Of a DNA stretch of 64,000 nucleotides, positions 17,708 to 26,148 are shown in pieces (the first letter of the stretch is position 1; the number at the start of each line of letters is the position of its first letter). This stretch comes from a bacterium (lineage in GTDB: Bacteria; JAAXHH01): contig OZ220749.1 of NCBI GenBank assembly GCA_965117045.1, forward strand, positions 1,896,105 through 1,960,104. Direction: 5' to 3'. The position numbers were made by a program, and so were the translations under genes. Under the pieces are notes generated by a model, which worked only from the letters and a program-made list of their open reading frames with translations, made no database searches and was not told the DNA's origin.

Positions 17708-18226
17708 ATGAGCTCGACCATACGTATCCAGGGCGGTAGAAAGGAAGAAAGTTTCGAGTTGAACATCGTGGTTTCCAAGTGGCTGTTCGCCGGCCTTACG
17801 GCGCTGATCGTCGCTGCCGTTTCGCTGGGATACGCCGTGCTGCCCGCCCAGTCTCAGGACGACCGGGGCCGCAAGGCGGTTAACCCGGGCCAGAACTACA
17901 GCGAGGCCATCGAGGCGGGGGACTTCGTGTTCCTGTCCGGCAAGATCGCGGCCGTCCGGGGCCGGATCATCCCCGGCGGTATCGAGGCGGAAACGAAGAT
18001 GGTGATGGACAACCTGCAGACGGCGCTGGCCAAGTCCGAGCTGACCATGGACGACGTGGTCAAGGCCACGGTGTTTCTCAACGACCTGAACGACTTTTCC
18101 GCCATGAACGAAGTGTACCGGTCCTATTACACGGGCGATCCGCCGGCCCGGTCCACCATACAGTCCGGAGTCGTCCTGAACGCCGGCATCGAGATCGACC
18201 TGATCGCCTACCGCGGCGGCAAGTAG
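17708..18226 (+). CDS. RidA/YjgF/L-PSP family protein with an N-terminal signal/TM segment
   Basis: 172 aa. Core YSEAIEAGDFVFLSGKIA...DVVKATVFLNDLNDFSAMNEVY... is typical of RidA. It is preceded by the hydrophobic stretch WLFAGLTALIVAAVSLGYAVLPAQS. GGGGAGG lies upstream of the ATG. Confidence 0.85.
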   Translation: MSSTIRIQGGRKEESFELNIVVSKWLFAGLTALIVAAVSLGYAVLPAQSQDDRGRKAVNPGQNYSEAIEAGDFVFLSGKIAAVRGRIIPGGIEAETKMVMDNLQTALAKSELTMDDVVKATVFLNDLNDFSAMNEVYRSYYTGDPPARSTIQSGVVLNAGIEIDLIAYRGGK

Positions 18227-18277
18227 ACGGCAAGCGGTCGACTAGAAGTCGGCAAGTAGTCGGCAAGTTGTCGGCGG
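18216..18277. repeat. About 11-bp repeat family that reiterates the RidA stop-codon region
   Basis: gcggcaagTAG (CDS end), acggcaagcgg, then tcggcaagtag, tcggcaagttg, tcggcgg. The GGCAAGTAG terminal motif recurs downstream. Confidence 0.8.
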
Positions 18278-18296
18278 ATCATAACAGCAGAATCGA

Positions 18297-19316
18297 ATGA
18301 GCGAAAAAACGACCGCCGGCGTGATCGGACTGGGGCTGGGACGGGCCCATCTCGCCGGTTATCTCGCGGACGAACGGGTGGAAGTCGTCGGTTTGGCCGA
18401 CCTGGACGTCGGGCTGGCCGAGCGGACCGCGTCGGAACACGGCGTGCCCCACGCGTTTTCCGCCTACCGGGACCTGCTCGCCCTGGGCCCCGATCTCGTC
18501 AGCGTCTGCCTGCCGAATTTCCTGCACGCGCCCGTGACCATCGACGGCCTGGATGCCGGCGTCCACGTGCTGTGCGAGAAGCCCATGGCGCTGAACGCGG
18601 TCCAGGCGCGCGACATGGCCGCCGCCGCCCGGCGCAACGGCCGTTTCCTCATGATCGCCCTGAACAACCGGTTCCGCGCCGAGACGCAGATCCTGAAGAA
18701 ACTCGTCGAGCAGGACGTGCTGGGAGAGATCTACTACGCGAAGACCGGGTGGTTGAGGCGAAGCGGCATTCCGGGCGCCGGGACCTGGTTTACGCGCAAG
18801 GCCCAGGCCGGCGGCGGGCCTTTGATCGACCTGGGTGTCCACATGATCGACCTGGCGCGCTGGCTCATGGGCAATCCGCGGCCGGTGTCCGTGGTGGGCG
18901 CCACCTACGCCCGGCTTAGCGATTCGGTGGAAGGCGTATTCGACGTGGAAGACCTCGCCGCGGCCTTCATCCGGTTCGAAAGCGACGCCACGCTTGTCGC
19001 GGAGACGAGCTGGGCCTCCCACGTGCCTTCGGAAGGCTCCTACGTCAAGCTCATGGGCACCCGGGGCGGCGCCGAGATCACGGGCAACGATCTGACCGTC
19101 TATACCGACCTGCACGGCGAACAGGTGGATATCACGCCCGCCTACGCACCGCGGGAATGGTCGGACTGCATCGCGGCCGAGATCGCCCATTTCGTGGACT
19201 GCATCCGGGCCGGCCGCACGCCCATGTCCACGGGCGAGCAAGGCGTCGAGATCATGCAGATCCTGGATGGTATTTACGAATCGGCCGCGGGCAACCGGAT
19301 GGTCCGGATCGATTAG
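18297..19316 (+). CDS. Gfo/Idh/MocA family oxidoreductase
   Basis: 339 aa. N-terminal Rossmann AGVIGLGLGRAH and the family motif CEKPMA. Confidence 0.88.
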   Translation: MSEKTTAGVIGLGLGRAHLAGYLADERVEVVGLADLDVGLAERTASEHGVPHAFSAYRDLLALGPDLVSVCLPNFLHAPVTIDGLDAGVHVLCEKPMALNAVQARDMAAAARRNGRFLMIALNNRFRAETQILKKLVEQDVLGEIYYAKTGWLRRSGIPGAGTWFTRKAQAGGGPLIDLGVHMIDLARWLMGNPRPVSVVGATYARLSDSVEGVFDVEDLAAAFIRFESDATLVAETSWASHVPSEGSYVKLMGTRGGAEITGNDLTVYTDLHGEQVDITPAYAPREWSDCIAAEIAHFVDCIRAGRTPMSTGEQGVEIMQILDGIYESAAGNRMVRID

Positions 19317-20341
19317 TGGGCCTCGGGGAGTCCGAATGCCCGGCTGTTGACCTGGATTGTCCGGTCGTCGGTGCTCGCCGCGAGCGCGTTACGGTAGGCG
19401 GACGCGGCATCGGTCAGACGGCCAGACCGTTCATAGGCGATCGCAAGGTTGTTCCACGCCTCCGCGTTGTACGGATCCATTTCCACCAGGCTTTCCCATA
19501 TCGCCACCGCGCCGGACCAGTTCCCTTCCCTTGCCGCCGAGACCCCCGCGCGATTGCCGGCAGGAACCAGCCGCCGCGTAACCTGGACTTCCTCCTGGAC
19601 GATGGCGGCCATCAGGCGGTCCACGATGCGCCTTGCGATTACCTCGGTCAGCATCGGCGAAACGATTTCTACGGCAACGGCTCCCTCCGGAGGCGCCGTG
19701 ACGGGCTCAGGCAGCACCGTGCGGTAGGTTTGGGATTCCGTTATCGAAAAGCTACCGAGCAGTTCTTCTGAACCGACGTCGTAGGCCCTGAGCGTAACCG
19801 TCATAACCGCCGTCTGATCGATATGCGGTACGATATAGGACTTGTTTACAAACCTGATATCTGCTCGGCCGAGTTCCACCTCTAACGCTTCTTCCTCACG
19901 AAAGACTTTAACCTCCCCATACGCTTCCGTGTATGCCCTTTCGAGATCGCCGACGAGCGTGACATCGGCGTTGATTTCCCTTCCTACAATCAGCGCGAGA
20001 GAATCTGGAATCCGACCGGCCTCGTGAGGGTGGCGGGACAGCGTCCGGAGCACCGGTCTCATTTCGATGGCCGTCAGCGTGGAATCCGAAACGAGGGCGC
20101 GGGCGAACAGGAACCCGGTCAGGTTATTCAGGGCCAGGTCGGTGCCGTTGAAACCGAGCAGGGCGATCGTTTCTTCTTCGCCGGGGAGACCAAGCAGGGG
20201 CGAACGATAGACATCGAACCGGACGGTGAGGGACGAAGCCGCGCATCCGGGGACATGCGCCAGGAATGCCGCGGCAAGGAACGGCAGGACCGTTCTGTAG
20301 AATGAGGCGGCCATGGTATCTGAATAGGTACGCCCTTTCAT
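19313..20341 (-). CDS. Hypothetical lipoprotein with C-terminal TPR repeats
   Basis: 342 aa. Possible lipobox AHVPGC. C-terminus AIWESLVEMDPYNAEAWNNLAIAYERSGRLTDAASAYRNAL is TPR-like. High GC3. Confidence 0.6.
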   Translation of the reverse strand: MKGRTYSDTMAASFYRTVLPFLAAAFLAHVPGCAASSLTVRFDVYRSPLLGLPGEEETIALLGFNGTDLALNNLTGFLFARALVSDSTLTAIEMRPVLRTLSRHPHEAGRIPDSLALIVGREINADVTLVGDLERAYTEAYGEVKVFREEEALEVELGRADIRFVNKSYIVPHIDQTAVMTVTLRAYDVGSEELLGSFSITESQTYRTVLPEPVTAPPEGAVAVEIVSPMLTEVIARRIVDRLMAAIVQEEVQVTRRLVPAGNRAGVSAAREGNWSGAVAIWESLVEMDPYNAEAWNNLAIAYERSGRLTDAASAYRNALAASTDDRTIQVNSRAFGLPEAH

Positions 20342-20401
20342 CCCGGTGTGTCAAGCCGATTCGGGGCGGACGGGTGTCCGCCGGAACCCCCCCGAAAGAG
20401 G

Positions 20402-20430
20402 TTGACAACCGGACCGGTGATCCTTAATCT
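20402..20430 (+). promoter_or_regulatory. Putative sigma-70 promoter of the Rieske/cytochrome b operon
   Basis: TTGACA (20402-20407), 17-nt spacer, TAATCT (20425-20430). About 30 nt upstream of the Rieske start. Confidence 0.55.
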
Positions 20431-20462
20431 ACGCATGACCAGAAGCCACGTCATTACGGGTA

Positions 20463-20963
20463 TTGTACATGTCCTCGTCACAGAAGCCACCCGGGCCTGC
20501 CGTACCCGGAAACAAGCCGGAAAAAGCACCTCGGAAGACGCGTCCCGACCCGGTCCGCCGCCGTCGATTTCTGCAGAAATGCCTCGGCGCGCTGGGCGGC
20601 ATCGGTTCCCTGATGGCCGTCTATCCGCTCATCCGCTATATCGAACCGCCCCCCGAAGCCGAAGGCGGCAACCGGATTGAAATCGACCGCGCGTCCCTGC
20701 CTCCCGGCACGTCCATGACGGTGATCTACCGGGGCCGGCCGACCATCGTGGTCAACACTTCCGACGGTTATATCGCCTACAACGCCGTGTGTCCCCACCT
20801 GGGTTGCGTCGTCAAGTGGGAGGGGGGAACGCAGAGCCTGATCTGTCCCTGTCACGGAGGCATATTCGGTACGGACGGCAGCGTCCAGGGCGGACCGATT
20901 CCCGGCCCCCTGACCGCGGTTGAACTGTCCGTCACCGACGACAAGATCATCGTCGGCGTGTAA
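20463..20963 (+). CDS. Rieske [2Fe-2S] iron-sulfur subunit of a cytochrome bc-type complex
   Basis: 166 aa. Tat-like RRRFLQKCLGALGG and the cluster boxes CPHLGC and CPCHGG. Confidence 0.9.
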   Translation: MYMSSSQKPPGPAVPGNKPEKAPRKTRPDPVRRRRFLQKCLGALGGIGSLMAVYPLIRYIEPPPEAEGGNRIEIDRASLPPGTSMTVIYRGRPTIVVNTSDGYIAYNAVCPHLGCVVKWEGGTQSLICPCHGGIFGTDGSVQGGPIPGPLTAVELSVTDDKIIVGV

Positions 20964-20969
20964 CCACCG

Positions 20970-22214
20970 GTGTCCGGACGTTCCTTAATCACGCGAAGCA
21001 CGAAACCAGCCACCATGATCAGACGCCTGTCCAACGAGGTGTACAACTGGCTCGATGATCGCACGGAGATATCGGTCATCATCGATTTCTGCCGCCGCCA
21101 GCTGACCAAGCCCGTGCCCCGCCATCTCAACTGGCTGTTCTCCTTCGGCACGGTCACCCTGATGTTCTTCCTTACCCAGGCCGTCTCGGGCGTCTTCCTG
21201 ATGATCTACTACGAGGCGTCGGCCGATACGGCCTACGAGAGCGTAAAGTACATCATGGAGCAGGTGCGCTTCGGCTGGCTCATGCGCCAAGTGCATACCT
21301 ACGGCGCCAATTTCATGATCGCCTTCCTGCTGCTGCACTCGGTGCGCGTGTTCTTCTACGGCGGTTACAAGAAGCCCAGAGAGCTAACCTGGCTCTTCGG
21401 GTTCGGCCTGCTGGTCGTGACCCTGGCCTTCGGCTTTACGGGTTATCTCCTGCCCTGGGACCAGCTTTCCTACTGGGGCACGACGGTGGGTACGGAGATT
21501 GCCGCCGCGACCCCGCTCATCGGCGAGTATCTTCTGATTCTCATGCGGGGCGGTGAAATCATCTCCGACGTGACGCTCACCCGCTTCTTCGTGCTGCACG
21601 TGGTGCTGCTGCCGTGGGCCTTCATCGCCCTGGTTACCGTGCACCTGGTCCTCATCCGGTACAAGGGCATCTCGCCGCTCGAAGGAACGGACGTGCCGGA
21701 AAAGACGCCGGATGAACTGAAGCAAGCCGGCGGCAAGCCTTTCTATCCCCAGCACGTGATGAAAGAAGCCATCGTGGTCCTGCTGGTCCTGGCGTCGATG
21801 ATTTTCATGATCATCTACTACCCCCTGCCGCTTCACGAAAAGGCCGATCCCTTCAACACGCCGGTAGGCGTCAAGCCGGAATGGTATTTCCTATCCTCCT
21901 ACCAGGCGCTGAAATACCTTCCGAAAACCATCGGCATCATCGGCTCCGGCCTGGTGGTCCTGGCCATCTGCCTGCTGCCCTTCTGGGACCGGACGCCGGC
22001 ACGCACGCCCGCGCGCCGGCCCCTCGCGACATCCCTCGGCATCCTGTTCATCGTGCTGAATATCGCCCTAGCCCTGCTCGGAAAGATCTCGGAAACGGAG
22101 ATGACCTTCATGGGCACGAGGTATCATTTCGACATCTACGGATGGCCCCACGCCATCGGGACGGTCGAGGAACCGGCTGTCCTGCCGGACACCGGCGGCG
22201 AGGGAACCGAATGA
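20970..22214 (+). CDS. Cytochrome b (fused b6-like N-terminal part plus subunit IV-like part)
   Basis: 414 aa; the start may instead be the ATG at 21015. Helix B His pair is spaced 13 residues (HTYGANFMIAFLLLH). Helix D His pair is spaced 14 (HVVLLPWAFIALVTVH). PEWY Qo motif present (KPEWYF). Confidence 0.9.
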   Translation: MSGRSLITRSTKPATMIRRLSNEVYNWLDDRTEISVIIDFCRRQLTKPVPRHLNWLFSFGTVTLMFFLTQAVSGVFLMIYYEASADTAYESVKYIMEQVRFGWLMRQVHTYGANFMIAFLLLHSVRVFFYGGYKKPRELTWLFGFGLLVVTLAFGFTGYLLPWDQLSYWGTTVGTEIAAATPLIGEYLLILMRGGEIISDVTLTRFFVLHVVLLPWAFIALVTVHLVLIRYKGISPLEGTDVPEKTPDELKQAGGKPFYPQHVMKEAIVVLLVLASMIFMIIYYPLPLHEKADPFNTPVGVKPEWYFLSSYQALKYLPKTIGIIGSGLVVLAICLLPFWDRTPARTPARRPLATSLGILFIVLNIALALLGKISETEMTFMGTRYHFDIYGWPHAIGTVEEPAVLPDTGGEGTE

Positions 22215-23122
22215 GCGGACTGTCGGCATATCGGGGACGGGCGGCACACCGGGTGCGGGCAGCACACAGGTCGCTGGCGGTATGCCGGGCGCGGGCGCCA
22301 TACCGGGCGCGGGCGGCCCTCTTCCTCCTTCCGCTGCTGATCCTCTCCTGGACGCCTGCGGGTTCAGCGGAAGCGCAACAGTCTTCGGCAACCAACAATT
22401 GCGTCGGCTGCCATGCCGGCCTGGACGACGAGGACATGAGCCTGCCGGTGGCCGAATGGCGGCGGAGCGCGCACCGTCCCGCGGACATCTACTGCCAGGA
22501 TTGTCACGGCGGGAACGCCTCCACCATGGTGGAGGACGAAGCGCACGACGTCGAAATGGATTTCGTGGGCCTGCCCGACCCCTACGTCGTCCATGAACTG
22601 TGCGGTGAGTGCCACCAGGTCCAGATGGAGAATTACGTGCCCAGCCCCCATGGCCTGGAGGGGGATTTCTGGCCCAACTGCGTGGATTGCCACGCGAACC
22701 ACGAAGTGGTCTTTCCCCAGGCCTCCCTGATCTCCATACCCGACAACTGCGAGGACTGTCACGAGCAGGCGATCATGGACGATTTCATCGCCCTGACCGA
22801 CCGGGGACTCGAGCCCGTCGCCGAGTTCCAACGTGCCGCGGAGGAGATCCGCTCGGCCGGGGTCCCGGTCGACCAGATCCTGGCCCAGGCCACCCTTGCG
22901 CGGAATGCCTATATCGAGCAGGCTTCCCACGTCTTCGTACTCGAGAAAATGGTCGCCGTCGTCGATTCGCTGGAACAGGTCTACCCGAACATCAAAAAGG
23001 AAGTGGAAACAGCCCGCACCGAGGTCGATACCCGGCGCAGGTTCGGCTGGATGTTCATCGGCCTCTTCCTCGTGGTGGCGGGTGTGATCTGGCTGTACCG
23101 AAGGTCGCTGCCGGACGTCTGA
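22211..23122 (+). CDS. Membrane-anchored pentaheme c-type cytochrome
   Basis: The ATG at 22211 overlaps the cytochrome b stop (ATGA). Five CxxCH motifs: CVGCH, CQDCH, CGECH, CVDCH, CEDCH. Signal-like LFLLPLLILSWTPAGSAEA and C-terminal TM FGWMFIGLFLVVAGVIWLY. The upstream part of the 413-aa track ORF overlaps cytochrome b out of frame. Confidence 0.85.
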   Translation: MSGLSAYRGRAAHRVRAAHRSLAVCRARAPYRARAALFLLPLLILSWTPAGSAEAQQSSATNNCVGCHAGLDDEDMSLPVAEWRRSAHRPADIYCQDCHGGNASTMVEDEAHDVEMDFVGLPDPYVVHELCGECHQVQMENYVPSPHGLEGDFWPNCVDCHANHEVVFPQASLISIPDNCEDCHEQAIMDDFIALTDRGLEPVAEFQRAAEEIRSAGVPVDQILAQATLARNAYIEQASHVFVLEKMVAVVDSLEQVYPNIKKEVETARTEVDTRRRFGWMFIGLFLVVAGVIWLYRRSLPDV

Positions 23123-23170
23123 TCGAACCGACTGTCGATGCCGGACGCCCGATCGAACCGGAGCCCCATC

Positions 23171-25969
23171 ATGTACACTCGTTTACTCCTCTGCCTCCTG
23201 CTCGCCCTCTCCGCGCCGCCCGTCGCCGCCGTCACGGCCGGCGACATCCGTCCGGTGCCCGACGGCAAAGGCACGTCCACCCTGGCCCAGGCCGTGCTGC
23301 GCCTGCCCGTCGTGGCCAGCATGCTGCACACCGGCGCCCATCCAGACGACGAGAACAGCTCCCTGGTCGCCTACGTGAGCCGCGGGTTGCACGCGCGGAC
23401 CGCCTACCTTTCCCTCAATCGCGGAGAAGGCGGACAGAACCTCATCGGCCCCGAGCTCTACGACGCCATCGGCGTGATCCGGACGGAAGAACTGCTGACG
23501 GCCCGGCGATTCGACGGCGCGGAGCAGTTCTTCACGCGGACGTACGACTTCGGGTTTTCCAAGTCGGCCGAGGAGGCCCTGGAATACTGGAATCATGATG
23601 AAATGCTGCTTTCGGACGTGGTGCGCGTCATCCGCCGCTTTCGTCCCGACGTAATCGTATCCGTGTTCGCCGATTCTCCCCGCGACGGCCACGGACATCA
23701 CCAGGCAGCCGGGAGGATCACCCGCGAAGCCTTTCTCGTCGCGGCCGACCCGGAACGCTTTCCCGAGCACCTGCGGGACGGCCTGCGTCCCTGGCAGGCC
23801 CGCAAGCTGTACATCAACAACACGCGGGCATCCTTCGACAGCATCGACTCCCTGGTGGTCGACATAGGCACCTACAGTCCCGTGCTGGACCGGTCGTACC
23901 GCGAACTCGGCCTGGCGGGCCGCAGCATGCACCGCTCCCAGGACATGGGGACCCTGCAGCCGAAGGGTCCGGCGACCACGAAAATCAAACTGGTCGCGCG
24001 CGCGGGCATGGCGAACGCGGGCATGGCGCGCGCGGGCATGGCGGACGCGGACGGAGACGCCCACCTGTTCGACGGCCTGGACACGACTTTCATGCGCTTC
24101 CATGCCATGGCCGGACCGGACGCCGGGAGGATCCCCGGGTTCGCCGGCCGGCTCGAGCGGCTGGACGCGCTGGCCCGCGAGGCCGTGGACGTTTACCGTC
24201 CGCTCGACCCTCCCACCGTGCTGGATCCCGTGTTGGAGGGCCTGCGGAAGATCCGGGCGCTCCGGAGAGACCTTGAACAGGGCGGCCTGCCGGCCGACGT
24301 CCTCGCAGATATCCTCTTTCTGCTCGATCAGAAGGAAGAAGACTTCGCCAATGCGGCGGTACTGGCGCTCGGCATGGCCTTCGAAGTGCTGACCAGCGAC
24401 GACCGGGTCGTCCCGGGCAACCTGCTCGGCGTGCACCTGGTGTTGCTGAACCGCAGTGCCCGGCCCGTCCGCGTCACCGGCCTGGCGCTGGACGTTCCGG
24501 AGGGTTGGACCGCGGCCCCCGATCCGGTCCCGGCCAGACCGGCCAGACCGCTTGGCCGGTTCGGAGCGGCTGGACCACCAGGGCCACCTGGACCGCCGGG
24601 TTCGCCCGGTTCGCCCGGATCGCCCGGATCGCCCGGATCGACCGGTCCGTCAAGGCAGACCTCGGACATCGGCTACAACGAAAGCTTCGCGGAGAACTGG
24701 CGGGTCGACGTACCGCCCGACGCCGTCCTCACCCGGCCGTACTGGCACCGCCTTTCCCTGAACGACCCGAGGGTCGTGGTGGACGACACGGCACTGATCG
24801 GGCTTCCCTGGCGACCGCAGCCCGTAGTCGGACGGGCGCGGTTTCTCGTAGACGAGGTCGAGATCGAAATCCGCCGGCCCGCGCAGTACCGCTTCGCCGA
24901 CCGGGCCTTCGGTGAAATCCGCCGCGAACTGCAGGTCGTGCCCGCGCTATCTGTGACTATGGACCCGCAGGTGGTGGTCGCCCCTTCGGGACGGGAAAGC
25001 CCCTTGCGATTCAGCGTGTCCGTGGTCAGCAACGTGGACGGCGAAATCGAAGGGGGACTGTCCCTCGAGACGCCGGACGGTTGGGCGGTCTCGCCCCGGG
25101 AAGTTCCCCTGTCGTTTTCGGGAAGGGGACAGGCCGCCACGTTCAGCTACACGGTCGTCCCGGCAAGAGACGCCCGGGACGGGGCTTACGAGGTACGGGC
25201 GGTGGCGAAGGCCGGCGAAAACGAATACCGCGAGGGATACGAGGTGATCGCCTATCCCCACATCGAACCGAGGCACCTGTACCGCGGTTCGGCATCCGTC
25301 GTACAGGTGGCCCCGGTCGATCTGCCCGACGATCTGAGGGTGGGTTACATCATGGGAACGGGCGACCAGGTCCCGCTCGTGCTGGAGCAGATGGGCCTGC
25401 AGGTGCGGCTGCTGACGGGGGAGGACCTCGCCACGGCCGACCTGGGCGCCTTCGACCTGATCATCGCGGGTATTCGCGCCTACGAAGTCCGAGAGGATCT
25501 CATCGCCGTGAACCAGCGCCTGCTGGACTACGTGGAGGCCGGGGGCGTCTACATCGTGCAGTACAACAAGTACGCCTTCAACCTCGACCAATACGGGCCC
25601 TATCCCTTCCAGATCAACCGTCCCCATGACCGGGTGACCCGGGAGGACGCGCCGGTGGAGCTCCTGGTACCGGACCATCCCGTCTTCAACCGGCCCAACC
25701 GGATCACCGAAGCGGACTTCGAAGGTTGGGTGCAGGAACGCGGCCTGTACTTCCAGGGCGAATGGGACCCCCGCTACACGCCGCTCATGGCCTCGCAGGA
25801 CCCGGGTGAACCGCCCAGGGGCGGCGGGCTGCTCGAAGCCCGTTACGGCAAGGGGCGCTATATCTATACCGGCTACGCGTGGTTCCGGCAGCTTCCCGCG
25901 GGCGTGCCCGGTGCCGTGCGGCTCTTCGCCAACCTGATCGGCCTGGCGGCCGAAAGCCGGACTCCGTAG
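23171..25969 (+). CDS. Large secreted PIG-L/LmbE-family deacetylase domain protein with extended C-terminal domains
   Basis: Signal peptide MYTRLLLCLLLALSAPPVAA. PIG-L motifs GAHPDDEN and DGHGHHQA. About 930 aa. The C-terminal part resembles a ThuA/class-I-glutamine-amidotransferase-like fold (low certainty). Confidence 0.8.
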   Translation: MYTRLLLCLLLALSAPPVAAVTAGDIRPVPDGKGTSTLAQAVLRLPVVASMLHTGAHPDDENSSLVAYVSRGLHARTAYLSLNRGEGGQNLIGPELYDAIGVIRTEELLTARRFDGAEQFFTRTYDFGFSKSAEEALEYWNHDEMLLSDVVRVIRRFRPDVIVSVFADSPRDGHGHHQAAGRITREAFLVAADPERFPEHLRDGLRPWQARKLYINNTRASFDSIDSLVVDIGTYSPVLDRSYRELGLAGRSMHRSQDMGTLQPKGPATTKIKLVARAGMANAGMARAGMADADGDAHLFDGLDTTFMRFHAMAGPDAGRIPGFAGRLERLDALAREAVDVYRPLDPPTVLDPVLEGLRKIRALRRDLEQGGLPADVLADILFLLDQKEEDFANAAVLALGMAFEVLTSDDRVVPGNLLGVHLVLLNRSARPVRVTGLALDVPEGWTAAPDPVPARPARPLGRFGAAGPPGPPGPPGSPGSPGSPGSPGSTGPSRQTSDIGYNESFAENWRVDVPPDAVLTRPYWHRLSLNDPRVVVDDTALIGLPWRPQPVVGRARFLVDEVEIEIRRPAQYRFADRAFGEIRRELQVVPALSVTMDPQVVVAPSGRESPLRFSVSVVSNVDGEIEGGLSLETPDGWAVSPREVPLSFSGRGQAATFSYTVVPARDARDGAYEVRAVAKAGENEYREGYEVIAYPHIEPRHLYRGSASVVQVAPVDLPDDLRVGYIMGTGDQVPLVLEQMGLQVRLLTGEDLATADLGAFDLIIAGIRAYEVREDLIAVNQRLLDYVEAGGVYIVQYNKYAFNLDQYGPYPFQINRPHDRVTREDAPVELLVPDHPVFNRPNRITEADFEGWVQERGLYFQGEWDPRYTPLMASQDPGEPPRGGGLLEARYGKGRYIYTGYAWFRQLPAGVPGAVRLFANLIGLAAESRTP
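24002..24046. repeat. 15-bp x3 in-frame tandem repeat inside the PIG-L gene
   Basis: gcgggcatggcgaac / gcgggcatggcgcgc / gcgggcatggcggac. It encodes AGMANAGMARAGMAD. Confidence 0.85.
24575..24649. repeat. 9-bp (Pro/Ser-Pro-Gly triplet codon) microsatellite inside the PIG-L gene
   Basis: ccaccaggg ccacctgga ccgccgggt tcgcccggt tcgcccgga tcgcccgga tcgcccgga tcgaccggt. It encodes PPGPPGPPGSPGSPGSPGSPGSTG. Confidence 0.85.
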
Positions 25970-26036
25970 AAATCCACAACCCACATTGAAAGTTGAAACG
26001 GTGGCCGGCCGGGACGGAAGGGTGAAGTCCCGCCGG

Positions 26037-26148
26037 CGTCGACTCGCGCTACGCGGGCTGCAGCGGCACGTCGGTGCGCCACTATGAGGAGCGCGGCGAC
26101 ACGTCGACTCGCGCTACGCGGGCTGCAGCGGCACGTCGGTGCGCCACT
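26037..26148. repeat. 47-nt direct duplication (period 65) spanning the ilvE stop codon
   Basis: cgtcgactcgcgctacgcgggctgcagcggcacgtcggtgcgccact occurs at 26037-26083 and again at 26102-26148. The second copy contains the ilvE stop (26114-26116) and its last roughly 32 coding nt. Confidence 0.9.

Noticed and set aside
21881-22210. N-terminal 110 aa of the 413-aa ORF, considered as part of the multihaem cytochrome.
   Set aside because: This stretch overlaps the cytochrome b gene out of frame and is Arg/Pro-rich. The ATG at 22211, overlapping the cytochrome b stop, gives a sensible signal peptide.
24575-24649. Collagen-like Gly-X-Y tract, considered as a bacterial collagen domain.
   Set aside because: There are only about 8 triplets, produced by a 9-bp DNA microsatellite inside a PIG-L family enzyme. 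That is too short for a triple helix, so it is treated as a linker expansion.
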